Origin: Minisyncoccota bacterium
GTDB lineage: Bacteria > Patescibacteriota > Minisyncoccia > Phycocordibacterales > UBA9973
DNA length: 64,000 nucleotides
Assembly: GCA_041659785.1 (NCBI GenBank)
Contig: JBAZXO010000001.1
Span: forward strand, 241,649 to 305,648
Reading direction: 5' to 3'
This document shows positions 37,401 to 45,294 of this stretch, in pieces (positions within the stretch are counted from its first letter, which is position 1; each line of letters starts with the position of its first letter). The notes below the pieces were generated by a model, which worked only from the letters and a program-made list of their open reading frames with translations, did no database searches and was not told the origin of the DNA. Position numbers and translations under genes: made by a program.

Positions 37401-37651
37401 GAGAGTTTGTTTATTTTAGAATTATTTTCATCTACCTTAGATTCACTTAGAGAAAAAGAAGTGAATTCTAATTGAAACTTTTTCCCAGAGTAATCGATGA
37501 TTGGAGAGAATTCCTTGAAGACTTCTCCGATGCCCGTCTCGACGAGCCATTTGAAACTCTTTACTTGAGCTTCGATTAGATTTGGAAATTCCGCAAGAGG
37601 TTTCTTGTATCTTGAGAAATACTTCTTTGGGCGAGTTTTTTGTATTGACAT
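34469..37651 (-). CDS. rpoB: DNA-directed RNA polymerase subunit beta
   Basis: Conserved rpoB blocks throughout. 1060 aa, directly upstream of rpoC. Confidence 0.95.
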   Translation of the reverse strand: MSIQKTRPKKYFSRYKKPLAEFPNLIEAQVKSFKWLVETGIGEVFKEFSPIIDYSGKKFQLEFTSFSLSESKVDENNSKINKLSYQGLLKARVKLTNKILGTVKEQEIFMSEIPLMTAHGTFIINGVERVIVPQLARSFGVFFTESETKGTRYFGAKIIPARGVWIEIESEADGGIYIRIDKKRKFPATALLRAMGYETNEAILKAFSGNSVAEETIKATFAKDGVKSLNDSYIEIYKRLRDGDMATADNAKEFINSLFTAERYDLSPVGRFRFNQRFDKSMEEDEMARRVISKEDLATVISHIITLNNTPLAKADDIDHLGQRRVRFVGEILQQKVRTGMMQIKRNIQDRMSIIDVDTAMPIAIINQRPLQARIKEFFTTNQLSQFMAQENVLAEIEHIRLLSALGPGGLTRERAGLEVRDVHPSHYGRVCPIHTPEGPNIGLILHLSTYAKINDFGIIETPYVKVKHGKITGEIVYLNALEEEKYNIAHAGIPYDEDGKITKDKVEARIKTEPGIVSRDEVDFIDVAPNQAFSIATSMVPFLEHNNANRALMGSNMQKQAVPCVLPEMPLVATGVEELAARDSGRLVIAEEDGVVSYLDAKKIVIKGKHDEKHEKTYNLVNFLRNNNFAVFHQRPLVNVGDKIKKGDVLADTSSTVNGQISIGQNIFVAFLSWSGSTYEDAIVISERLVKKSKFTSVYVEEFTCAVRDTKLGPEITTRDIPNVGELKLKDLDEDGIVRIGAEVRENDILVGKITPKGETELTPEERLLRSIFAEKARDVKDTSLRMEHGKRGRIIGVKIFSRDLGHTLEAGIIKKIVIEVAQIRNISVGDKLSGRHGNKGVISMILPEEDMPYTADGTPVDVILSPLGVPSRMNLGQILEIHLGMAANSLGYQAIVPPFLGAKHDEIKEELVKAGLPENGKLKLFDGRTGEAFQQDVAVGYMYMLKLHHMVEDKIHMRSVGPYSLITQQPLGGKAQGGGQRFGEMEVWALEGYGAAYTLREMLTIKSDDILGRSASFDSIIKNETIRPPNSPASFNVLLNYLRGLAMDVDLRKSEDNA

Positions 37652-37740
37652 ATTGAATGCAAAAAATTAATGCTTTTTACAGCTTTATTAATAAAGAGAT
37701 TGCATCCGATACTCAATCAATGAATCTCAAATAGCCTACT

Positions 37741-38490
37741 CTATTTTGACTTTTTTGTCAAATTTTTCCACTCATCAATCTTTGCCCTGTGGCCTGAAAG
37801 CAACACTTTAGGAACTCTATAGCTTTTAGACTTCTTGCCCCGCCCTGGCGGTGGATATTTCAAAATTTCAGGACGAGTGTATACTTCACTTGTTGAGACT
37901 CGTTCTTCTTCAAGTGAATCATACCTTCCTAAAACTCCTGTAACTTGTCTGGCGATAGAATCTATCAATACCATCGCTGGAAGTTCTCCGCCCGTCAAAA
38001 CATAATCCCCTATTGAGATCTCCTCAGCCCCGCCATTAGGACGGGGTAAACCTTTCAAAATTTTAAATACTCGTGCATCAATGCCTTCATAGCGCCCTGA
38101 GATTAAAATAATGTCTGTATATTTTTGCGCAGACTTTTTCGCATAATTTGTATCAAACTTTTTTCCTGATGGAGAAAAAATTATTATTTTAACTTTAGAG
38201 CTTTGGCGCAGTGTTTTTGCGAATGGTTGACGTTGTGAAGCAGGAGATCCCGAGTGAGAACACTGCGCCAAAGCTTTGCTAATTGCTTTCAAAAAAAATT
38301 CTGGGCGTAAAACCATGCCTGGTCCTCCTCCATATGGTCTGCCATCTACCCTTTCCTTAGGCTTACAAAAGCTCATTGGATTATAAAATTTTATTGAAAT
38401 TTTTTTATCTTTTATCGCACGCCCAATTATCGATTCTTTTAAATAAGAATCAAACATATCTGGGAAAATTGTAATTATATGAAAACGCAT
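37741..38490 (-). CDS. trmD: tRNA (guanine37-N1)-methyltransferase
   Basis: MRFHIITIFPDMF...RPYGGGPGMV SPOUT knot motifs. Confidence 0.85.
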   Translation of the reverse strand: MRFHIITIFPDMFDSYLKESIIGRAIKDKKISIKFYNPMSFCKPKERVDGRPYGGGPGMVLRPEFFLKAISKALAQCSHSGSPASQRQPFAKTLRQSSKVKIIIFSPSGKKFDTNYAKKSAQKYTDIILISGRYEGIDARVFKILKGLPRPNGGAEEISIGDYVLTGGELPAMVLIDSIARQVTGVLGRYDSLEEERVSTSEVYTRPEILKYPPPGRGKKSKSYRVPKVLLSGHRAKIDEWKNLTKKSK

Positions 38491-38586
38491 TTATTTTGTA
38501 TTTATAGCACAAATATTGGTTATTAAAAAATGAAATGGCCAGAAGACTTAGGGTCGACTGGCCATGGTGAAGAAATTTTGCAGGTT

Positions 38587-38787
38587 CTATTGAAAGAACT
38601 TATATGCGGCGATGAAGGCCACCACCAGCACGAATAGGATTCTCTTTGCTGTGGGAGTGAGGTGGTTTTTGACCTCTGGGCCAGAATTGTGATGTTCATA
38701 GCACCCCTTTTTTTTCCCAGGACACACTTCATTACCAACGCCGATTTCATGACTTTTATGATTCCATAAAATGATTTCTAAGTTCAT
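38587..38787 (-). CDS. Small (66 aa) Cys/His-containing protein with a C-terminal TM helix
   Basis: AGGAG 7 nt upstream of ATG. Sits where rimM is found in other genomes. Confidence 0.4.
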   Translation of the reverse strand: MNLEIILWNHKSHEIGVGNEVCPGKKKGCYEHHNSGPEVKNHLTPTAKRILFVLVVAFIAAYKFFQ

Positions 38788-38901
38788 TTTTTCTCCTCGT
38801 ACATGAGAGATATTCCTTCGGCTCGAAGCGAGCAACCACGATTGGCAAGGAACTATCTTCTAGGCTAGTAATATAATAAAATAACCTTTTTGTCAACAAA
38901 T

Positions 38902-38935
38902 AAAAACACCCTAAACTTTCGTTTAAGGTGTTTTT
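38902..38935. terminator. Rho-independent terminator after the KH-domain gene
   Basis: A-run, CACCCTAAAC/GTTTAAGGTG hairpin, T-run. Confidence 0.6.
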
Positions 38936-38950
38936 AAAAGCTAAATTTTA

Positions 38951-39298
38951 TTATATTCCTTTCAATTCATCCATGGCCTCATCAACGGTTTTCATTGTTG
39001 GGGCAGTGCTCATAGCTCCCCGTTCTGCTCTCTCAGGTCTGACACTTCCTTCTGGTTCATTAATTTTTAGATTTACGCGAGCGTTATTCTTCATACCAAT
39101 GATGCGGAGTAACGTACGGATAGCCTTTGCTGTATTACCCATTCTTCCGATAATCTTACCCATGTCGAGAGGATTTACAGTTAGTGTTATGAGAACTCCC
39201 ATTTCATCTAATGTTCGATCAATCTTCACATCGTTTGGATTATCGACTAATGCTTTTACCACATACTCTAGAAATACCTTGTCAGCTTCTTCCATCAT
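38951..39298 (-). CDS. KH-domain RNA-binding protein (YlqC/UPF0109 family)
   Basis: VVKALVDNPNDVKI...GKIIGRMGNTAKAIRTLL KH fold. Follows rpsP. Confidence 0.8.
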   Translation of the reverse strand: MMEEADKVFLEYVVKALVDNPNDVKIDRTLDEMGVLITLTVNPLDMGKIIGRMGNTAKAIRTLLRIIGMKNNARVNLKINEPEGSVRPERAERGAMSTAPTMKTVDEAMDELKGI

Positions 39299-39418
39299 AA
39301 TGTTTTCTGAATTTAAATTTTTAATTTTATCTTTCTTTGCAGTATCCGACCGAATGACTGCTCCTATAATTATACTTCACCCTGCCATAGCGGGGCAAGC
39401 TTACACGCCTCTGGTGTG

Positions 39419-39727
39419 TTATTTCTTAGCTTTCAACTCTTTGCGTTTAACTGTTGGCTTTTTCTTGGGTAATACATTTACTTTCTTACCAGCTATAACT
39501 TTATCGTGCACTAAGAAGTTGTGCATAGTATCCGAAGTTTTTGCCCCCTTAGAAATCCAATACTTTATTCTATCAACAAGAAGATTCTTTTCTCCTGCCT
39601 TTGGATTATAAGTACCAAGTATTTCTAAAAACTTTCCACTTTTGGTGCTATTCTTGGAATCAGTTAAAACAGCCCGAAACGATGGATCATTTTTCCTCCC
39701 TATTCTCTGAAGTCTTATTTTTAACAT
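39419..39727 (-). CDS. rpsP: 30S ribosomal protein S16
   Basis: MLKIRLQRIGRKNDPSFR. Confidence 0.9.
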   Translation of the reverse strand: MLKIRLQRIGRKNDPSFRAVLTDSKNSTKSGKFLEILGTYNPKAGEKNLLVDRIKYWISKGAKTSDTMHNFLVHDKVIAGKKVNVLPKKKPTVKRKELKAKK

Positions 39728-39802
39728 AAGAATAGCTTAACATAATTTGCAAAAAAGGCAAATATTGTAAATTTTACATAAAACTTTTATTATTCCAACA
39801 CT

Positions 39803-39833
39803 AAAAAATCCAGAGGTAACCTCTGGATTTTTT
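39803..39833. terminator. Bidirectional rho-independent terminator
   Basis: AAAAAATCCAGAGGtaaCCTCTGGATTTTTT. Confidence 0.7.
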
Positions 39834-39856
39834 AAATTATCTAACTTATTTAATTA

Positions 39857-40105
39857 TTATTGTGTCGAAATACCACAAACTAAATGCGCAGAACATTTGG
39901 GATACACATTGGGACCTTGCCAAAAACAACCTTCTGGAGGAATAGGATGTTCACAAACTGGAAGAGAATGTTTCTTAACGTCTCCTCCGGGTAGAGTTAA
40001 CATTTGAGAGGAAAAGGCAACTTGCGCAAAAACATAACTTCCACTAAACAAAATAACTAATAATAAAAAAGAAATTTTTACACCATTTAATACTTTTGTG
40101 GACAT
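39857..40105 (-). CDS. Small secreted Cys-rich protein, founding member of the downstream paralog array
   Basis: Signal peptide resembles the A-type paralogs. PPEGCFWQGPNVYPKC motif shared with the gene at 45295..46458. Confidence 0.55.
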   Translation of the reverse strand: MSTKVLNGVKISFLLLVILFSGSYVFAQVAFSSQMLTLPGGDVKKHSLPVCEHPIPPEGCFWQGPNVYPKCSAHLVCGISTQ

Positions 40106-40159
40106 ATTTTTAACTAATACTAATTTACTAATAATAATATCTATTATACTGCTATTTAC

Positions 40160-40189
40160 AAAAAACCACTAATTTAAGGTGGTTTTTTG
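40160..40189. terminator. Rho-independent terminator after paralog A1
   Basis: AAAAAACCACtaatttaaGGTGGTTTTTTG. Confidence 0.65.
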
Positions 40190-40201
40190 TAAATGTATAA
40201 A

Positions 40202-40612
40202 TTTTAAAATTTATTCAATTGCTTTCTTTGGGATTCTCTTCATCATCTCTATTTTAGTCTGAGGACCAACTTTACCGTCAGCAGTTAATCCATTGTCACT
40301 TTGCCATTTCACAATTACTGCAATTGTCTTAGGTCCTAACTTACCGTCTAATACTAAACCAAGACCTAGATCATCATTAAGGAATCTCTGTAGTTCTTTA
40401 ACTGCATCTCCTTTACTTCCAACCTTAAGAGTAGAGGTACCGAAGTCGTAAGTTAAGGCTCCTGAACCTTGTGAAGGAGTTTGATTTGAGTTGTTTACAC
40501 AGAGTTGACCTGTTTGAGTGTTGTAGATGTTTCCTCCAGAGCAACCGAGTGCTGGTGGTGTTGGAAACTTTGTACAAGATTCTCCTGTTTGGGTATTGAA
40601 GAGGTTACCATC
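40202..40612. repeat. ~410-bp perfect duplication (3' coding end plus downstream flank of A1, equals 43328..43738 of A2)
   Basis: Identical sequence starting ttaaaatttattcaattgctttctttggg through ...ttgaagaggttacc. Confidence 0.85.
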
Positions 40613-41377
40613 AGAGCAGCCTTGTGGTGATGGAGGTGGATTTTGAGATTGAGTTTGATTTGGAGTTGTGCAAACATTATTAATTAACACTTGTGGTGGT
40701 GTACAGGTAGGTGGTGGGGTGCTGACAGTTCCAGAAGCTCCAATGTTTAAAACTACACTGCCTGTTTCACCTACTGTTTCACCTAAGGTATTTAATACAC
40801 CAGATGCGCTAGAATCTATAATGTTTCCAGTCCAATATGGCTGATAACTGCCAGTTACGGTGGGTAAAAGATCAGAACGAATAGCATGGAAATAGAGATT
40901 TATCATATATGATCCTGTAGGTATCGTTGTTGCTTTAGTGTAACAATTCCATCCTGTATCCAAGGAAGGAATACGGCATGGACTTGAAAAAGATTGATCA
41001 CGGTTTGGATCAAGAATGTATGCAGTACCTACATTCCATAAATAACTTCCAGTGTTAGGTACATTGTCTGCCACAAGGTAATAAGTTGTAGGTATTTGTG
41101 ATATTTGTTGACTGCTAGGACTAGATGTAGTACTAGGTTTTGTCAGAATTATTTGACCTTTTACGCTATCTTTAAGACCAGTTGTTCTCCAGTTAATTGT
41201 TTGACTACTTCCAGATGCCCATGTGCTATTGGTCGTTGGTGAAGTAATAGTTGCAGTTAATTCTGACGCAGTTGGATTAGGAACAGTCTGTGCTTTTATA
41301 ACAGATGTAGAATATCCTACCCCAAACAAAACAACTAAAACGAGAAGCGATATTTTTATATTTTTAAATATTTTCAT
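40211..41377 (-). CDS. Secreted cell-wall-binding protein, paralog A1 (signal peptide, Kre9/KNH-like Ig domain, CxxGxxxNTQTGxxC repeats, C-terminal PG_binding_1)
   Basis: ITSPTTNSTWASGSSQTINW...NVPNTGSYLWNV. LKVGSKGDAVKELQRFLN...DGKLGPKT...DGKVGPQT. Confidence 0.8.
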   Translation of the reverse strand: MKIFKNIKISLLVLVVLFGVGYSTSVIKAQTVPNPTASELTATITSPTTNSTWASGSSQTINWRTTGLKDSVKGQIILTKPSTTSSPSSQQISQIPTTYYLVADNVPNTGSYLWNVGTAYILDPNRDQSFSSPCRIPSLDTGWNCYTKATTIPTGSYMINLYFHAIRSDLLPTVTGSYQPYWTGNIIDSSASGVLNTLGETVGETGSVVLNIGASGTVSTPPPTCTPPQVLINNVCTTPNQTQSQNPPPSPQGCSDGNLFNTQTGESCTKFPTPPALGCSGGNIYNTQTGQLCVNNSNQTPSQGSGALTYDFGTSTLKVGSKGDAVKELQRFLNDDLGLGLVLDGKLGPKTIAVIVKWQSDNGLTADGKVGPQTKIEMMKRIPKKAIE

Positions 41378-41455
41378 AATCTTGTCCGCCTCTGGCGGAT
41401 TTATTAACTTACTAATAATTTATTAACTAATAATAATATTGACCTTTTATAAAAT
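41326..41455. repeat. ~130-bp near-perfect duplication (5' coding end plus upstream region of A1, equals 45168..45294 of A2)
   Basis: Identical aacaaaacaactaaaacgagaagcgatatttttatatttttaaatattttcataatcttgtccgcctctggcggatttattaac... Confidence 0.85.
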
Positions 41456-43249
41456 TTAATTCTCATTTGCTTTCTTTCTACTTTTAACACCAAACAATCC
41501 GTCAGCAGTTAATCCATTATCATTTTGCCATTGCATGACTACTTTAATTGTCTTTTTTCCTAATTTACCATCTACTACTAAATCAATGTTTAATTTATCA
41601 TTTAGAAATCTTTGCAATTCCTTTACTGCATCCCCTGTACTTCCAATTTTTAATGTTTTATCACCGAAGTTATAAAAGGAAGATACTTCTGATGTTTGAT
41701 TGTTGTTTGTGTTATCTGTTGTGTTGTTATTACACAATTGACCCGTTTGAGTGTTGTAGATGTTTCCTTCGGAACAACCTTCATGAGTGATAACTGGAGG
41801 GCAATTATTGGTAGCTCCAGGCCCACCCAAGCATTCTACAGGTAAGGGTGTAGGAAGAGGAACACACCCAAGTTGTTTTTCAGAGGTCATACCATTCGTA
41901 TTGGGTACACAATAAGCTATCGGAATGGTATTTGGAATCGTACCATCACTATTCGCTAATGTTATTAAGCGAAACCCAAGCGGAAAATTTGTTACTATTC
42001 CAGAAGGTCCATTCATAAATACATTAATACTGTACGCTGAACTACTTGCGGGTATAATTGAACCATCTGCGACAGTACCGACAGACTTCCATAAATAATT
42101 TCCCGTGTTTAGAATATTATCTACAACCGTCCAATTTTTTCCACCAATATTTGTTCCACTTAAAACAATTTTACCTTTTGCAGTACTTGGGATTCTCTCT
42201 GTTTCCCATTTAATTGTCTGTGTGCTTCCGATCTTCCAAGTGACATAACCTTGAGGATAAAGAAGGTTGAGTTTTGTATTATCAAACAATGAAACGATAT
42301 TAAAAGATATTGAATTACTCAAAAGAGTACCATTCTGAACTTGAAGTGAGTAAGGACCTGGAATAAATTCATAACCATTTACATCTTTTAATGGAACAAA
42401 ACTAAGAGACGTTGATGAAATAATAATTGGCTTAATTGTTGTTTTAGTAGGAACCAGCGCCTTTCCACTATTATCAGTCAGCACAACAGTTGTATTTGTA
42501 TTAAAATTTGTACCAGAAATAGTAACTGTATCCCCTGGGGATGGTGTCGTGTCAGAAGTGATACGAGATATTGTTGGAGTTGAAGATGTAGGAGTTATTA
42601 CTAAGGCTGAAATTATAGTTTCTATTCTCCCTTTTGTATTCTCACATCGTAATCCTACGGTAACAGGAGAGGAAGAAATATCGAGTGGACCAATTGTTTG
42701 TGTTCCTGAATTTGGAATCTGGCCATTATATTGCCATCTTCCTACAGTAGAACAGGAACTAGAACTTGTGCTTGTTACATTCCATCTAAGAACAGTCGAA
42801 GCACCATCAGAAACAACAGGTGGGGTAAGCGACATTGTGACAACGGGAAAAGTACCTTCCGAGGTTGAAGTAACTCCATACGGAAACCCTACACCCACAA
42901 CTGCTGTAGCTTCCACTACTCCTTCATTCCAACCAGAAGCGGAACACCTAAGGTTGTAAGATCTATATTCATAAGCTTCAGTTCCACGTTTAGCAAGGGA
43001 GCCAGTTGAAAATGAACCGGACTTTTGTTGTTCTCCTGTCCATGTACCACTATCATTATCTCCACTGGCAAAACAACTTCCTGTAACGTTTTTTGCTAAC
43101 CATGTAATTGTCGCTGAACCTCCTGGTGCAACATACGCTGGAGTTGCTGTCATTGTAATTTCTATTGGTGCGACTGTTTGCGCGTGAGTAAAATTAAAAC
43201 CCCCAAACAAAACAACTAATATAAGAATAAATATTTTGAATTTTTTCAT
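41456..43249 (-). CDS. Secreted cell-wall-binding protein, paralog B1 (signal peptide, Ig-like/Kre9-KNH-like domains, C-terminal PG_binding_1)
   Basis: MKKFKIFILILVVLFGGFNFTHAQ. C-terminal LKIGSTGDAVKELQRFLNDKL...DGKLGKKT...DGLFG. Confidence 0.8.
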   Translation of the reverse strand: MKKFKIFILILVVLFGGFNFTHAQTVAPIEITMTATPAYVAPGGSATITWLAKNVTGSCFASGDNDSGTWTGEQQKSGSFSTGSLAKRGTEAYEYRSYNLRCSASGWNEGVVEATAVVGVGFPYGVTSTSEGTFPVVTMSLTPPVVSDGASTVLRWNVTSTSSSSCSTVGRWQYNGQIPNSGTQTIGPLDISSSPVTVGLRCENTKGRIETIISALVITPTSSTPTISRITSDTTPSPGDTVTISGTNFNTNTTVVLTDNSGKALVPTKTTIKPIIISSTSLSFVPLKDVNGYEFIPGPYSLQVQNGTLLSNSISFNIVSLFDNTKLNLLYPQGYVTWKIGSTQTIKWETERIPSTAKGKIVLSGTNIGGKNWTVVDNILNTGNYLWKSVGTVADGSIIPASSSAYSINVFMNGPSGIVTNFPLGFRLITLANSDGTIPNTIPIAYCVPNTNGMTSEKQLGCVPLPTPLPVECLGGPGATNNCPPVITHEGCSEGNIYNTQTGQLCNNNTTDNTNNNQTSEVSSFYNFGDKTLKIGSTGDAVKELQRFLNDKLNIDLVVDGKLGKKTIKVVMQWQNDNGLTADGLFGVKSRKKANEN

Positions 43250-43293
43250 AAGATCTAATATTAACTACTAATACAAATATTATATCACACATA

Positions 43294-43323
43294 GAAAAAA
43301 CCACTCTTAAAAGTGGTTTTTTC
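43294..43323. terminator. Rho-independent terminator after paralog A2
   Basis: AAAAAACCACTcttaaAAGTGGTTTTTT. Confidence 0.65.
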
Positions 43324-43336
43324 TAAATTTTAAAAT

Positions 43337-45220
43337 TTATTCAATTGCTTTCTTTGGGATTCTCTTCATCATCTCTATTTTAGTCTGAGGACCAACTTTA
43401 CCGTCAGCAGTTAATCCATTGTCACTTTGCCATTTCACAATTACTGCAATTGTCTTAGGTCCTAACTTACCGTCTAATACTAAACCAAGACCTAGATCAT
43501 CATTAAGGAATCTCTGTAGTTCTTTAACTGCATCTCCTTTACTTCCAACCTTAAGAGTAGAGGTACCGAAGTCGTAAGTTAAGGCTCCTGAACCTTGTGA
43601 AGGAGTTTGATTTGAGTTGTTTACACAGAGTTGACCTGTTTGAGTGTTGTAGATGTTTCCTCCAGAGCAACCGAGTGCTGGTGGTGTTGGAAACTTTGTA
43701 CAAGATTCTCCTGTTTGGGTATTGAAGAGGTTACCTCCGGAACAACCTAGAGCTGGTGGTGGAGTGGTAGTAGAAGGACAGTTGTTTGTAGCGCTAGGTC
43801 CACCGAGACATTCAGCTGATGGAAGTGTGGAAGATGGAATTACGGGTGGAGTACTGATACTTCCAACAGCTCCGATGTTAAATGCTACTCCAGGACTAAT
43901 AATACCCATCATTCCAACGATATTAGATGGCTCACCATTTACAATAAATTGACCAAGGGAATTAGTCTGGAAAACATCTTTTGGATCAACAGAAAATTCA
44001 ACACCCATACTATATGGACCTGCTGGTACTGATGTTGATATAGTGTAACAACTCCAAGGAGGATTTGTAGAATTACATGGATTTGCAACCTCTCCAACAC
44101 CATTCAAATCTAGACCGTATGCGGTGCCGACTGAACTCCAAGAATATGTTCCTGTATTAGAAACATTGTTTGCAATAAGATATCTAGTGGGAATACGAGT
44201 TCGCACATATTGAGGATCACTAATCCTAAGGACTGCATCAGAATCATTTCTCGTAACAAATACTTGACCTTTCACACTAGCTGGAAGTCTTGTATTTGAC
44301 CAACGAATTGTTTGTGAACTTCCTATTGCCCATGTGCTATTTACTACCGGTGAAGTTATGGTAATTGTTGGCATTGCACTTGATCCGCCACTAGTGCTAG
44401 AACTAGAATCAGAAAGATTGAAAGAAACATAACCTGGCCAAACCGTACCTGTATGTGTTCCACTTACTCCAATAGACATTTTATATGGTGAACCATTTGC
44501 TGGTAAGGTTGTAGGTACCCAACTCATTGATGTTGTTGCCGATCCAGAAGATACTAACACATCACCTACTTTCCAAGAAAAACTCCCTGTATTAGAAACA
44601 CCATTTATTGGAACAATCAAATATGTTTTTCCATTTTTATCTACAACACTGATTTTAGCTACACTTGTAGCGTCGGTAGAAAAAGCATCTGGAAATGTCC
44701 AGCTGATTGTTTGTGTACTACCAATTTGCCATGAATCTCCGGCATTTGGTGAAGTTATAACAATTGGATTTGAAAGAGGGGTATATCTCACTATTACGCT
44801 CGGATGAGCACTTGCACCAGTAGAATACGAATAACAATTCATATTAAATGGCATCTCAGCTGGTGCTGTTGAATTTGCAAATAAAAATAATGATGAGCCA
44901 GAATTAGGACCGGCCGATTCAGACCAATTAGTACCACTATGATCTCCTAGTGTTTGATCTCCTAAAGGGAAAAGATGAATAGTTCCAGCACCGTTTGGAA
45001 CTGTTCCCCCGGTACAATACCAATCATTCGCACCTGTAGATGTCCACGAGAGGGTAATATTTGTTGACAAACCTTGATAACCAGAGAAATTCTGAGGAGT
45101 CGCTGTAAGAGTTACCGTTGGGGCAACTTGTGCATTCGCAATTGTTTTAAACATTAAACCTGCACCAAATAAAACAACTAAAACGAGAAGCGATATTTTT
45201 ATATTTTTAAATATTTTCAT
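43337..45220 (-). CDS. Secreted cell-wall-binding protein, paralog A2 (same termini as A1, different central Ig-like region)
   Basis: N-terminal 19 aa and C-terminal ~135 aa identical to A1. Central 450 aa unrelated. Confidence 0.8.
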   Translation of the reverse strand: MKIFKNIKISLLVLVVLFGAGLMFKTIANAQVAPTVTLTATPQNFSGYQGLSTNITLSWTSTGANDWYCTGGTVPNGAGTIHLFPLGDQTLGDHSGTNWSESAGPNSGSSLFLFANSTAPAEMPFNMNCYSYSTGASAHPSVIVRYTPLSNPIVITSPNAGDSWQIGSTQTISWTFPDAFSTDATSVAKISVVDKNGKTYLIVPINGVSNTGSFSWKVGDVLVSSGSATTSMSWVPTTLPANGSPYKMSIGVSGTHTGTVWPGYVSFNLSDSSSSTSGGSSAMPTITITSPVVNSTWAIGSSQTIRWSNTRLPASVKGQVFVTRNDSDAVLRISDPQYVRTRIPTRYLIANNVSNTGTYSWSSVGTAYGLDLNGVGEVANPCNSTNPPWSCYTISTSVPAGPYSMGVEFSVDPKDVFQTNSLGQFIVNGEPSNIVGMMGIISPGVAFNIGAVGSISTPPVIPSSTLPSAECLGGPSATNNCPSTTTPPPALGCSGGNLFNTQTGESCTKFPTPPALGCSGGNIYNTQTGQLCVNNSNQTPSQGSGALTYDFGTSTLKVGSKGDAVKELQRFLNDDLGLGLVLDGKLGPKTIAVIVKWQSDNGLTADGKVGPQTKIEMMKRIPKKAIE

Positions 45221-45294
45221 AATCTTGTCCGCCTCTGGCGGATTTATTAACTTACTAATAATTTATTAACTAATAATATTGACCTTTTATAATT

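Noticed and set aside
38928-39611. 227-aa + strand ORF
   Set aside because: Antisense to rpsP and the KH-domain gene, which have strong homology. Hydrophobic shadow ORF.
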